Below, piece after piece: positions 15,964 through 29,952 of a DNA stretch of 64,000 nt. The number at the start of each line of letters is the position of its first letter. Position 1 is the stretch's first letter. The stretch comes from the human T2T-CHM13v2.0 reference genome, Homo sapiens. Under the pieces are notes generated by a model, which had not been told where the DNA came from, ran no database searches, and saw nothing but the letters and a program-made list of their open reading frames with translations. The position numbers and the translations under genes were made by a program. Location of the stretch: the NCBI RefSeq assembly GCF_009914755.1, contig NC_060932.1. The stretch is one strand, 5' to 3'.

Positions 15964-17226
15964 CTTTTTTTTTGTGGTTTTCTTTTTAATTATCTTTAGT
16001 CTTGTGATCACACATAATTTTAAAATTTGTGCATATCTCCGTTACCTTAATCCTTTTAAGTTGGCAAAAGCACCATTCCCAATCACATATACCCAGTTCT
16101 ACAGTTTTATATTTCTGAATGGCTGTTTAAAGACAATCCTAAAGTATAACTTAGTTTGACTTAGATTGTAAAGAATTCAAGAGTGAAGTTTAACTTGCTA
16201 CTATTTTAAAAGCATGTGACCTTAGAGATCTTTAAGATGTGAGAGGTGTTGAATAATCTTTAATATTACACATAAACCACACTAAAATGCCTTTCAATAA
16301 GTAAAGGGAACCATTTTAAATACAGGGAATTATAATTAGATTGGCGTAGTTAAGACCAAAACTATAGACATTGCTACCATATTTATCTTCAACCCTTGCC
16401 TTTAAGAGGCAAATGAACACAAAACACATGTGAATCTTGCTTGGTTCTAAGACAGTGAAGGAATTTCCCCAGTATTTAAATATATTCACATAACCAGTTA
16501 TATAAATCTAAATATAAAACCAATCTCCAGTATAAGTTTTAAGATGGCACTCATCATCTTTGTGAAAAGTTGAACATTACTAATGAAGTCTAATCATATC
16601 TTTAAAAGGGGTAAACAGTGATAGCATTTACTGAATTGGAGTTACTATTAAAATTCAAAAACTGAACATATTCATTTAACCACAAGCCAGGCTTAGTTTT
16701 AAATCAGGACTGCCCAATAAAATATTCTGTCAGTCATTCATGATCTGAATTCTGGTGTATGAGATCCATTAAAGGATGGTACACATAAAAAAGTCATGAG
16801 ACATTTCTGTCTTGTAATAAATAAGGCAGTGGCCAATTATTACTCATTAGTAGCTTTTTTGAGATAAGCTATCAAGTCTGCCCTTTCTTCCTTCTTCTTA
16901 ATGCTGACAAAGATCATTTTTGTTCCAGGGATGTACTTCTTGGGATTCTCCAAATACTCCATCAGTGTATCCTCTCCCCAGATGATGCATTTGTTCTTAT
17001 TGGCGGCTGTGTAAGAGTATCCAGGGGCCTGACCTGTCTTCCACCTGAAAAGACCATGGAGATTTGGCCCAATCTTGTGCTTTCCTCCCTTTTCAACAGT
17101 GTGGCACTGGGAACACTTCATAATAAAAATCTTCTTGCCTTTCTCAACATCACCCATATTTAATTCTCTTTTTAGTCACTGGCGCAATGAAGACTCCCAC
17201 TGCGAAACTGGACGTCCGCACTCTCT
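15964..17226 (-). pseudogene. CYCS: Processed cytochrome c (CYCS) retrocopy, full-length mRNA copy
   Basis: Intronless: 5'UTR (17158-17226), ORF, ~870-nt 3'UTR, ATTAAA (15990-15985) and poly(A) remnant. TSD GAATT(T/C)TGTAAC(C/T)TTT at 15952-15967 and 17227-17242. The symbol given is the parent gene. Confidence 0.97.
16840..17157 (-). CDS. CYCS: Intact 105-aa cytochrome c ORF of the retrocopy (expression unknown)
   Basis: CSQCH heme motif and Met81 are present. Five differences from recalled human CYCS: T29I, G38R, R39W, G57C, G85S (Met=1). Confidence 0.6.
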
Positions 17227-17509
17227 GAATTCTGTAACTTTTAACTGACTTTTTTTGGTAATGTAAAAAAGAATTATTCAGGATAATATTGAGGACTACT
17301 TAAGGGAATAAATAGCAGATGACACCTCACCACCCAAAGCACAATTGCCTGAGGAGAGGGTGGATGGGAGATGCAGACTTGGGATAATGATGGCTCTCTT
17401 GAATATATTGTCCAAATTGCTGCATTTGCAACAAATATGTAAAAGATATGTGCTGTCATTACATTTTGAGTGCCATGGTGATGGGATGTCAGAGGAAGTA
17501 GTGTGAAGA

Positions 17510-18220
17510 TGAAATGGGAGAGTTCCCTGTACCCTTTCATGGGACTTGCAACAGGAGTGTGGCTCATTTGTTTGGCTGCCACATGCTCAAACCCCTTACA
17601 GGATGGGGAGCACATAGGTGAGCAGGTGCAGGAGCCAGGGTGAGTGCTTTTGGGCCCTTGCCCCATGGCAGTGTCTAGGAGTATTACAGTGCTCTCTTAG
17701 TCCTGCTGTCTGGGGATGGCTTAGGTGTTAAACCGCTCAGTGAAGAGTCAATGTGACAGCCTTTTTGGGTTCCCACACTCAGTGAATCCTGGATTCTTGT
17801 CCCGCATCCAGTAAGAATCAGGTCACATGGACTTAAGGATAGTGAATGTGGGGATTTTATTGAGTGATGGAGGTGGCTGTCAGTGGGATGGGGAGCTGGA
17901 GAGGGGATGGGGTGGGGTGGGAAGATTATCTTCCCCTGGAGCTCGGCTGTTCTGTTTGGTCGATCTCCTTTCCGACCATGCTCAGGTGAACTCTCAGTGT
18001 TCAGATGCTTCCTCTTTTCTCTCCTTGTCTGCTGCTCTGCTGCTTGTGGAGCCTGGGGTCTGAGGTTTATATGGGTACAGAATAGGCAGGTATTTTGGGC
18101 CAAAAGGCAACATTTGGGCACAAAAACTGAAATTCTTGTTCTCACTTAGGGCCATGGTCCAGGCTTGAGGGTAAAGCCCTCTCTCCAGGGACCCCACCCT
18201 CATGCCTCCTGTCCATATCA
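17510..18220 (-). mobile_element. ERV1 solo LTR (LTR1/LTR27/LTR28/MER52 group)
   Basis: Minus strand runs TGATATGGACAGGAGGCA...GGGAACTCTCCCATTTCA, with TG...CA termini. TATA-like CATATAAA near 18073-18066, AATAAA near 17862-17857, imperfect 4-bp TSD AAGA/AATA. Confidence 0.85.
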
Positions 18221-18487
18221 AATAGACGACTGCTGGACATAAAATAAATATATATAAATAGCCTACAGGTGGTGCCATTTTGTGTGTGTACTTTTTCCAA
18301 CAACACACTGCCCAGGCCTCATTTCTCTACTGACCTTTGCATGCCCCCGAAACCTGTGACTTCTTTCAACTCCCCTTCCCCTATTCCCACACCTTGATAA
18401 AAACTTTTGAGTTAAAAATGCCCATTGTGTACTTATTTGTTAGGTTGTTATATTTCTTAACCTCCTTAAATATAGAAGAGGAATTAG

Positions 18488-18675
18488 GAGCTGGCCAAAT
18501 CTGGCCTGCAGCCTATTTTATGGTAAATACATTTTTATTGGAACACAGCCATTCCATTTGTTTAAGTATTACCTATGACTTTAAGAGTTGAGTAGTTGTA
18601 ACCAAGATGACATGGCCTGCAAAGCCTGAAATATTTGCTATTTGGTCTTTTACAGAAAAGTTAGATAAACTCTGA
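18488..18675. mobile_element. MER58A-like hAT MITE
   Basis: GGCCAAATCTGGCC...TTTTATTGGAACACAGCCA...GGCCTGCAAAGCCTGAAATATTT...TTTACAGAAAAG. Confidence 0.75.
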
Positions 18676-19331
18676 TATACAAAGTCCCCTATTCCCTTTT
18701 TACTGCACGTTGACTTATTGAAGAAAGTAGGCAGTTTTCTTGTAGAGTGACTCATATTTTTAATTTGTTCTGGATTTTTTATTTTTTGGTGGAGGGGTGT
18801 TGTTCAACTTGTTTCTTCACCTCCTTGTTTCTAAAACTGGAAGTTAGGTTTAAAATCTTTATTAGATTAATGAAAATTTTTAAAAATCTATAAATTTTCT
18901 CATTATCTCAATAGCCTCCTTTTGCCCTTATTTAATTAGGCAAGAATTTCTTAGGAGAGGAATAAAAATAAAAATAGTTAATGTTTATTGCATGCTTACC
19001 ATTTGCCAAATGTACTTGTCAATGTTGAATAGACAATAAAGATGCAAAGGGAAATCTATTATATAGGTGAAGGGAGGCACCAGGCTTATTTATTTAGTAG
19101 AAATAAACGAATTAAGAAATCCAGGGGAAGGTAGCCGTTCAGCAAAACCTTGAAGAAAAAACAAAAAGGAAAGAAGGAGGGGGCAACTGAAGAATGTTTA
19201 TATTCTTGTTATTTCAAAGAAAGATGCATACCACACATAGTGGGAATTTAACAAACATTACTAAGAGTCTCAATAAAGACCAAAAGTAGAACGATGTATA
19301 CAACTTTTGGTTGTCCTATAAAAAGAGACCC

Positions 19332-19530
19332 TGTGTTGGCTATTCTCTGTTTCATCCCCACCATTCTGAATTCATTCATTACTTTTCTGCCCTGCTCTTT
19401 GCTACAGGAGGCTGACTTCTACAATCACCTAGCTCCCTTGCCTTCTGGCTTCCGATTGGGGTAGGTCAATGGATGACATCCACAGCAGATCTATGGTGTC
19501 GGCAGAATAGGAGTAATAGGGACAGGCTGT
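19332..19530. mobile_element. LTR33-like ERVL fragment
   Basis: CTCCCTTGCCTTCTGGCTTCCGATTGGG..GGTCAATGG motif, similar to the block at 26355-26830. Confidence 0.45.
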
Positions 19531-20625
19531 TTACTCAACATAATTCTATGGATATAGGCTAGAGGTTCAGATAAGCCAGGTGGTGGGAAGTTTCTACCTA
19601 AAGAAGTGGTGTTATTTAGAAATGTGAGAAAAGATAAAAATAACTAAGGAAGAATGGGGGATGTACCGCTGGATGAGCAGCAACTTGAAGCAGTCTTGGC
19701 ACTAAAAAGGGACAGGGTTGGAGCGGAGCTGTGGGCAAAGGGAGTGCTAGGTAGGAGAGAGGCAGAGTCCAGGTAAGGATGCTCAGATGATGTCATGAAA
19801 TGCTTGATTTTCTGGTGATTAGAGGTAGTCCTCAAATAAATTTTCCACTAAAGAGATCTTAGACAGTATCAGTACAACACAGCACCTTATAAAGAAATTT
19901 ATCCTTCAGTATTGAATATAACCAGTCTATTTTGATTACCAGGTTTGTCTTTCTCCGTTAAATAGCTATCCTGGGTAACTAGTTCTTTTTAAGTTGATCA
20001 GTTCCCTTTTCTCCCTGGAGAAACTAAGAAAACAATACAATACAACTAGGTCTGCCACTTTTCCTTCCCTTTCCAGAGGCAAAAGTGCCTGATTCCAGCT
20101 TTCAAGGGAAAACTTTCATACTAGTGAGTGACTATTTGGAGTGTGCAGAAACACTTCAAAGATTTCTGAAAAATTGCAAAGAAAAGCTTGATTACCTTGA
20201 GCCAAGAGAAGAGGAGACATTTGCATTGGAAACAGATTCAATAGAACTGCTGGTCAGCAATTAGTCTGCTAATCATGGCTCTTTTAAATTTATTTAATAA
20301 TTGCCAATTAAGTAATCCCACCTGCAAAGCTGGTGCTTGGCTCTGAGAGAGACAGCAGCAAACAAATATTTACATGGCACCACATTCCCATGCACAAGGG
20401 AATTTTAAGTGGACCATTGATTTTCTTAAATAAGAAAGTCACTGGAGGTGAGACACGAAACTATTTTAAATGGTGAAGCAGCTTTCTTTGGATAATGTGC
20501 CAAATTTCCCTTTCGCATATGCCTCAGTCACTGTTGTCCTCTCTGCTGATGACTGACTGTTTGGTGATGGTTAGGGGCAATAAATATAAAAACTTGATAG
20601 TCACTTCTTTTAAAAAATCAAAGAA

Positions 20626-20962
<337 letters not shown>

Positions 20963-21261
20963 TCAAATGGAAAGAAGTATCTCAATTTTATTAGATTTCT
21001 ATGGCTACTGTAACAAATTATCATGAACATAATGGTTTAAAACAGCATAAATTTAGTATCTTACAATTCTATGGTTTAGAAGTCCAACATGGGTCATACT
21101 GGACTAAAACTGGGGATCTTTAGAGCTGTGTTTCTGGATGCTTTAGTGGAGAATTCATTTTCTTGCTTTTTCCAGTGTCTAGATGCCACCACATTCCTTG
21201 GCTTGTGGCCCCTTCCTTCTTCTTCAAAGAAGCAACAACTGGTTAAGACTTTCTCATATCA

Positions 21262-21850
21262 GTTCAGCCTCTGTAGAAAGTAGTTTGGAGATTTTACAAC
21301 GAGCTGAAAATAGAATTAGCATTCGACCCAGCAATCCCATTACTAGGTATATACCCAAAGGAAAATAAATTGTTCTACCAAAAAGACACCTGCACATGTT
21401 TACTGCAGCACTATTTACAATAGCAAAGACATAGAATCAATCTAGGTGCCCGTCCATGATGGATAGGTTAAAGAAAATGTGGTACATATACACCATGGGA
21501 TACGATGTGGCCATAAAAAAGAATAAAATCACGTATTTTGCAGCAACATGGATGCAGCTGCAGGCTATTATATTAAGCTAATTAACACGGAAGTAGAAAA
21601 CCAAATACCCCATGTTCTTACTTATCAGTGGGAGCTAAACTTTGGGGGCACATGGTCATAAAGATGGAAACAATAGACACTGGAGAGTACTAGAGCAGGG
21701 AGGGAGGTAGGGAACTTGGGTTGAAAACTATCTATTGGGTGTTATGTAACTATTTGGGTGTCAGGTTCAATTGAAGCCCAAACCTTAGCATCATGCGATA
21801 TACCATGTAACAAATTTGCACATGTACCCTCTGAATCTAAAAAAAAAAAA
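21262..21850 (+). mobile_element. 5'-truncated old L1PA/L1PB 3' end
   Basis: ORF2 C-terminus and 3'UTR with poly(A) at 21839-21851. TSD AAG(A/C)CTTTCTCATATCA at ~21245-21261 and ~21850-21867. Confidence 0.9.
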
Positions 21851-21957
21851 AGCCTTTCTCATATCATGTCGTCTTGACCCTTCTATCTTCAGTTTTCCTT
21901 CTCTGGCTGTGACTCCTTTTCTGCCTCCTTCTTTTTCTTTTAAAAACCTCAGGAATT

Positions 21958-22314
<357 letters not shown>

Positions 22315-23649
22315 TTACGGTGGCTTACTAGCACCTTAATTCCATCTGCAACCTTCATTCCTCTTTTCTATGTAATATAACATATTCACAGGCTCTGGAA
22401 TTTACGATGGGCACGTCTTTGTGGTTGGGGTGGGTCATTATTCTGCCTCTTACTTTAACCAACAATTAGTGATCTTTGGTGAGCCTTTGGTATGTTACTA
22501 TGTCTGTGCTGGACACTCTGAAAGATGTAAGAGATGAATAAGGCAAGATGCCTGTTCTTCTTTAACATAGACACCAATTAGTTGCAGAGCAAAGATGAAC
22601 ACATACAGAACAATAAGTGGATGCTGTGGAGCTCACACATTGGCAGCCAGTACACTAAATGTGTGTTGTATGTGTGTGTGTTTGTTTGGTGGGGACATGG
22701 ACCTCCTGATTCCCGACAGTCCTCATGGAGCTGATACCTGGAAAATTTTACTCATCTATACCAGGAGGCTTACCTTCAAAAGCATCTGAGATCTCCATCA
22801 TGATTAACAAATCGCATGCATTCTGTGTGCAGGCATAGTTTTGAAAAGAAAAGAAAAATGAGAGAAGGCATTGTAAAAACAACTCCAGTCAGTTCTTTTT
22901 ATTTCAAACTATTGATTACACCCCCCCCCATTAAATCATTGCCCTTCATAATCAGGTGTTTGGAAATGTTTCAATCACGTGGCCTCAATCAAAATTGCTA
23001 TAACAATCCGTTGTGAAGTTATTTTTTGATGTTCTATCAATTTTTCATTTTTCTCTTACCTATTTTTTCCTAAATAAAAAAATTAGCTATTTACTTCAAG
23101 TTAATTTCTAAGAAATAGGTTAAAAATCAAGTGTGGATATTGGCGAGCCTAGAATTATCTGGGAAAATAACCATCTGTCCCTCACTAGCAGTTAGCTTCT
23201 TAATAAATGCTAACACCTGGAAACATTTTCTAAATATCAGTTACTCAAAGGACATATAGATGGTACAATCCTAAGGAGAACAGAATAAGCAAGACTCATG
23301 GATAATGGGACAGGGCTGTCCCTGCACTTCAATAACAATCTTTCCAGCAAGCTCGAGAAGTTGTCTACTGTGTGGAAGGGTTAAGCCATTAACCTTAACA
23401 ATGCCAATGTGTTCTCATTTTCAAATCCCACTTAATTAGTATCCCAGGTAATATTTAAGAACAAATTTCTTACAGAGGAACAAGTGAAAGCATTAGCTGC
23501 TCGTAAACATGATAGTCTTTTGAGACACAATGAAGGAAAATGATGCCAGGCAGAATATAAACTGTTATCGATGTAAATGGTAAGGAAATCTGAGCCAAGA
23601 GGATATATTGCCAGCAAGGTAGGTCACGTACTATAGTGCAGCGTTGTCC

Positions 23650-24130
23650 TGTATAGCAGACACTCCTGCCAGTGATGACTGGACCCAAGCATGCCCTGAG
23701 ATGACCTTTACAGCAGACACACCTGCCGTAAAGATGAATGTGTGGTCAGAATGAGTTAGGGAATCCAAGATTGGCCAACATGGAGATCCATTCCTTAACT
23801 GTGAGGAACATCTGAGCCCCCGGCCCTTCTGTGAGACGGAGACCTTACAGGGCATTGAGGCGCTTTGTTTTGGAGTAAATGAAGTTTGTCAGGTGGAGAT
23901 TGTTAGGGGGAAAGTGTCAGGTGAAGATGCTGTATAAACTGCATGCCTTTCGCAAGTGGTTGTGTTTCTCCGCCCAGCCCACTGCCACTTGGCTGTGTGC
24001 TTCTCCTATCCAACCCACTGCTAGCAGGCTCTGTCTCCTGTATGTAAGCCCTTGATAAAACCCATAACTTGTTTGCTTATCTGGGTCTCTTCTTTGGCCA
24101 TTTGAACCTGGATTGAATTGGATATCTACC
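23650..24130 (+). mobile_element. ERVL LTR (MER74/MER54-like), apparently 5'-truncated
   Basis: GGGAATCCAAGATTGGCCAAC, TGAGGAACATCTGAGCCCC, TGCTGTATAAACTGCATG and CTGGGTCTCTTCTTTGGCC blocks (recalled). Confidence 0.6.
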
Positions 24131-25786
24131 TCAGAAGAAGAAATGTTTCGTGTTGGGAATGTGAGAGTTAAAAAAAAATTTGGAACCTGCCTCGTAAAAA
24201 GGTAGGTATCCAAATACGTATTTTAAATGGTGGGGGTGGGGTGGGGGTGGGGGAGTGAGTGCTTGTGGTGTATATGTCTCATTTGAGTTGGGTGAACTTT
24301 ATATTATAGTAATGACTACTTCTGATGATTGAGTCTAATGAAAAATTTTGTCTTCTGATTTATAGTTTATTTCTGTAAAGTGTTGCCAAGATGTATAAAT
24401 AGAAGCACATTGGCTGTGTGTTTCATTTATTGCATATACTGAAATGAATACAATTGCATGAAACTCTGGTTGTCTTATAGAATACCTGCTGAGTGATCAT
24501 CATAGTTACTTTAAGCTATTTTCCACCCTCCTCAAAAACTCTTTTCTTCAAATGTAGTTTGATTGAAAGCATATTGGCAGTGTTCACAAATCTTGTGCCT
24601 AAAGAAAGATATTGCTTTTAATTTGGAGACTGTCAGTATGACCAAAGTGTGATAGATAGAAAAGGCTATTTCTTAAGAAATATATTTAAAAATGTGTTCT
24701 TTAAGAAAAATACTTTTTTTTTCTAAAATTTCTGGATTGTTGATGTTAGATTGGTTAGATTGATTAATTTCAATCTAATACTATTGTTCTCCCCCTGTGT
24801 TTTCTGGAGAAAAGAATTGACCTATTATTAGCTTTGTATTTTGAGGTTGTGATTAATTGTTTAGGAAGCTATCTTTATTGCACAATTTCTGTCGGGTGTT
24901 TATGGATGTATTTAATATCCCTTTACAACTCCTAGGACAAACATATCTGAATCATGGCTTCACCAAAATCAAGTTGGCTTATTATATGTAAAGATGTACA
25001 GAATCGTGGGTAAAAGGAAGGGCAAAGACCATGTTCTAAATACCCAGAGGCCAATTATCTTCATAGCATGCAGGCAGCATTATATGGGTTATGGATCAAG
25101 TTATTTCCCAGCAACGCTGCTTACTCTGTACTTAACAACTGTCCACGTGCCTAATGTAGCATCTTTGCAATCAAGAGACATGTTTAGCTATCCCTCTTCT
25201 CTCTCTCCTTTCCATTTCCTTCCTTCCTGTGTTTTTCAAGACGAAGTACTACTATGTAGAAGTACTCTGTGCATTTTTGTCAAAGGCCACTGTCAAGGGT
25301 CCTTAGATAAAGCATAGTTTGATTTTTGCCCTTAGGTAATCTAATGTATCAGAGTTATAGGTGCCTCAAAATGGTTCTATAGATACTGGTTACCAAAACT
25401 TCCATATTACTGTGAATTAATCCATGGAAAGTATTTGAGACCTTAATAGATGTCTGAATAAGCATCATACACACCTTCCACCCTCAGAGAGCTTATAGTT
25501 CAGGAAAGGAAAAAACAATAGTGGACATTAAATTATTACTCAACAATTAAATCTGAACTGTGTGATGGTGATATTTTGAATACAAATAGGTATTTAAAAA
25601 GTGAGAAACTAATGAGACAAGGAGGAGTTGAAAAACATACTGGTAGAAGTAGAGATAAGGAATTAGTTGAAAAAATTTCTACTCCTTTTAGCTTTCGTTA
25701 TACAGGCAAGGCTTCGGACTACATTTCAGTAATAAACCAAACCATTTGGTTCTTATTTGATGAATTCCATAGCCATTTCTGTGTGA

Positions 25787-26088
<302 letters not shown>

Positions 26089-26354
26089 CTCTATATAAGT
26101 ATTATAATCTAAAATAATTAAGAATGATTCTTATAGGTTTAAGAGAACTATTTTTTTCTATAACCCCTATGTCTCATGGGATAAGACAACTCTTGTTAAT
26201 CATGAGTTCCCACTGAGACTGGGAAATTAGTGCTGGACAGGTATCATTGCGATGTAGCTCTCAGAGAAGTCTGAAGCCCAAGTCCCAGAAATACTGAAAT
26301 GTGAAATAAAGTAAAATGTATAATAGCTGCAGAATCATTGACTTCAGGGCATCT

Positions 26355-26830
26355 GTGCAGACTGTCTTTGGTTTGTCCTTCCAGATCTATTCTAAGCCCT
26401 GTGCTGTGCTTGGGAGGTCGACCAGTATAGATATAATGAAGAGATGCTTTGCTTCCGTCTTCCAGTTGGATTGGGTCGGTGGCAGACTCTGGCAAGATAC
26501 CAGAGGGAGGGAGAAGAATGAAGTTGGAGTATCGATCCCTCTGGCTTACTCCTTGGGGGTTATGATGAGTTGGCTGCCTCAGTTGATTGAAAGGTCACAA
26601 TGCCTGTTAGGTGGTCCTCTTTTTTATAGCTGTCTCTCCAGGTTCTATTACCTGACCTATTTTCTTGCTCCTTCAGTTCTTGGAATTGCAACCACTATTA
26701 CTAGTCCTGTGGCACTGCTCCAACCCTTGTTGCTTTTCCTAATCTCTGCCCATTTTTTGGGTAAATATTGCCTTTATTGCACTCTCCTCTACCAAGCTTC
26801 AGTGTGCTGCTGATTGATTTCTTGTCTTAT
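26355..26830. mobile_element. LTR33-like ERVL LTR
   Basis: CCCTGTGCTGTGCTTGGGAGG...CTTCCAGTTGGATTGGG...AGAGGGAGGGAGAAGAATGAAGTTGGAGT pattern; highly decayed. Confidence 0.5.
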
Positions 26831-29317
26831 GCAGATTCAAGGATGGCAGAGGAGCTGGGAGTAGTCCCATGCACTCAGAGTGGCCCTTTGGACCATTTCT
26901 TCCCAGCCATGTTGAAGTGGCTAACTTGGGTTAGCCTATGTGAGTTTAAGCCTGGAGTAAAACTAACTGATGCAGAGGACAGTTGGCAGTGGTCAATCAA
27001 CCAGTAACTTGCTTGAAATTATATTCACTTCAGACAGTTTGTCCACGCTACTTCTCAAGAGTTTGAGCATCCCAAAGCAACTGACCCACCATCCAGTTAT
27101 AGGAAAATGGTGCAGTTGACTGCCAGCCACTCTCTTCAACATTCTCTGTAGCTATACCAGTATCACTTCCCACTTGCACTTGCGAAAAAGCATTGAATTC
27201 CACACACTACTCAATTAGCAAAAACACTAATGGCTTGATTTGCATGTAAAAATGCTGTTTGCACAAAAATATTGAGTTTTGTGCACACAAATGATTTGCT
27301 TATACAAAATTGTATCTAAAATTTTTGGTTTTCAAAAACTTACTACTTAAAGTTGATGGTCTTAGAGCAGTTATTACAGACAGGAAAACAACCTAATGAC
27401 AGCCTTTCTTCCTCCACGTGCATTCTTATCCCTTATTCGGAGTCTGCACATCCTATCTGCTTATCTTCACTGCTCTCCCCTGAATCTGCCTAGGAGATTC
27501 AAGGGAGAGGGGGAGGAAGGAGGAGCAGGCTGACATCCTGCTTCATTTCCTATTGACAGCTGAGCTCTCATCAGAGTCTTGCAACCAGTGATGATGTGCA
27601 AATGAAGATCTCTTAAGGATTTGCAAGTCCCAGGTGGAACTCATGGCGAAGGCATTTAAAAAACAAAACTGTCTTTAGACGTGTGAACTGATTAAGTGTG
27701 ATATGCCCTTCCCTGCAAGGGTAAGCTCAGGGAACTCTGAAGAACTATCCCACTCGTAGGATGGTTGCTCAGATGGCAGTCACTCATTCTGAGGGGACAT
27801 TTAAAAAATCCCAGAGGCAAACTCGGAGCTTTCCCCTGGAGCTTGGTGAGATCACGGCGTTGAACAGCCGTGGGGCTCTCCACAGCCTGGACAATTTTGT
27901 TCCAGTCATACAGTGATATTTTCTATATGAGTGAATGAACGTTTACCACTGTAATTGGTAACTTGTGTGAAAGCTTTAGACTCCTTTCAGTCAACCAACT
28001 TGGCCAAGTAAATATTTATTTCCTACTATGGGCTTGGCATCATGTAGACCGCCAAATAAATACTGTCAGGATCCTTGGTCTTAAGGAGCTTATAATAATC
28101 TTTTTGGAGTTTAATGAAACGTGAAGTGAAATAAGGAATGAAGAATACAACATAGTACCATTTTCAATATTTATTGAGCACTAAATGTTAGCCATCGAAT
28201 TAAGCATAAAATGGTGGTCTTTGCTTTGATTCTGAGGTGCTTATAATCTGGGTGGTGAATGATGTGGGCACAGGTTTTACTATAGAATTTATAGAAGGGA
28301 GGGGTCATGGTAGATTGGCATAGTTGAGGAAAGACGTAGAGTTTGAATTGGATCTTAAGAGATGGGTAGGATTTAAACGGGTGAAGATAGAGATCAGCTG
28401 TAATCTAGAGGAGGGGAAATACAGGCTTAGTATCTGGAATACATGATAGGATTGGTAAGGAAAGGAGACAACGGGCTTTTCTAACACTGGAGAGTTTATC
28501 TGGAGAGTGGTAGAGAATGTGTCCTTATGGGTTTGAGTCTTGCTCTGCAAGGTTTAAAGACAGCGACCGTCACTGTGAAGTGTGATGGGGAACATCAGTT
28601 AGGTGGCATGTGGTCCTACCAGTAACTGTTTGCCTTGCACTCTTTTCTCTTTAATTACCAGTCTTCTGTCTTTTACAATAGTTTGCCTTTTCTTCTTCAG
28701 AGAAGTGCTATGTGAGCTCTTGTGTTATATGCGGGAACATTTCAGCAGTGTGCCAGCAAAAACCGCATCATCCATCATGCCAGACAAAACTCAGCGATGA
28801 GGGAGGAGGAGAAGTTTGCTTTTCACTTAGGCACAAAGGTCGTAGGCAGTCTGCTTGCAGTTTATTTTTCAGTCCCAATATTTTGGTGTACACCTTTTTT
28901 CTTTTACTTGTCCGACTTGCAGCATTCTTTGCCCTTTTCAACTTCTTTCTTATATGAAATGTATTTTACAAGCCTCTGTCAAGTTCTCTACAAACTATCC
29001 TTGATGCACAAAGTCCAGAGGGCTTTTAAAAATTTTCTCATCTTGTACCGTTCAGGGAACCCTGATAAATCCTTTCTTCTTGTTAAGGGCCCCTCTCTGC
29101 TCTGCTGGGAGGTCAGTGCTGGAAGGGCCATAGTGATAGAGGAGAGGAGCAAGAGGGTGACAAATGGAAGGAAAGTACTTCTGCACCAGCCAGCAACTCA
29201 CTCGCTCTCTCACACTTGCAGTGTGAGGCAGGAAGGAGGGAGCAGGCTGGGAATACAGAGGAATCTCAGGCTGGATTGGTAGAATGGAAGTAGTCAAAGG
29301 TGGATGAGATCTAGTGA

Positions 29318-29952
<635 letters not shown>

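Noticed and set aside
28722-29282. 186-aa ORF
   Set aside because: Non-ATG start, no recognisable domain, and it crosses low-complexity and probably repeat-derived DNA.
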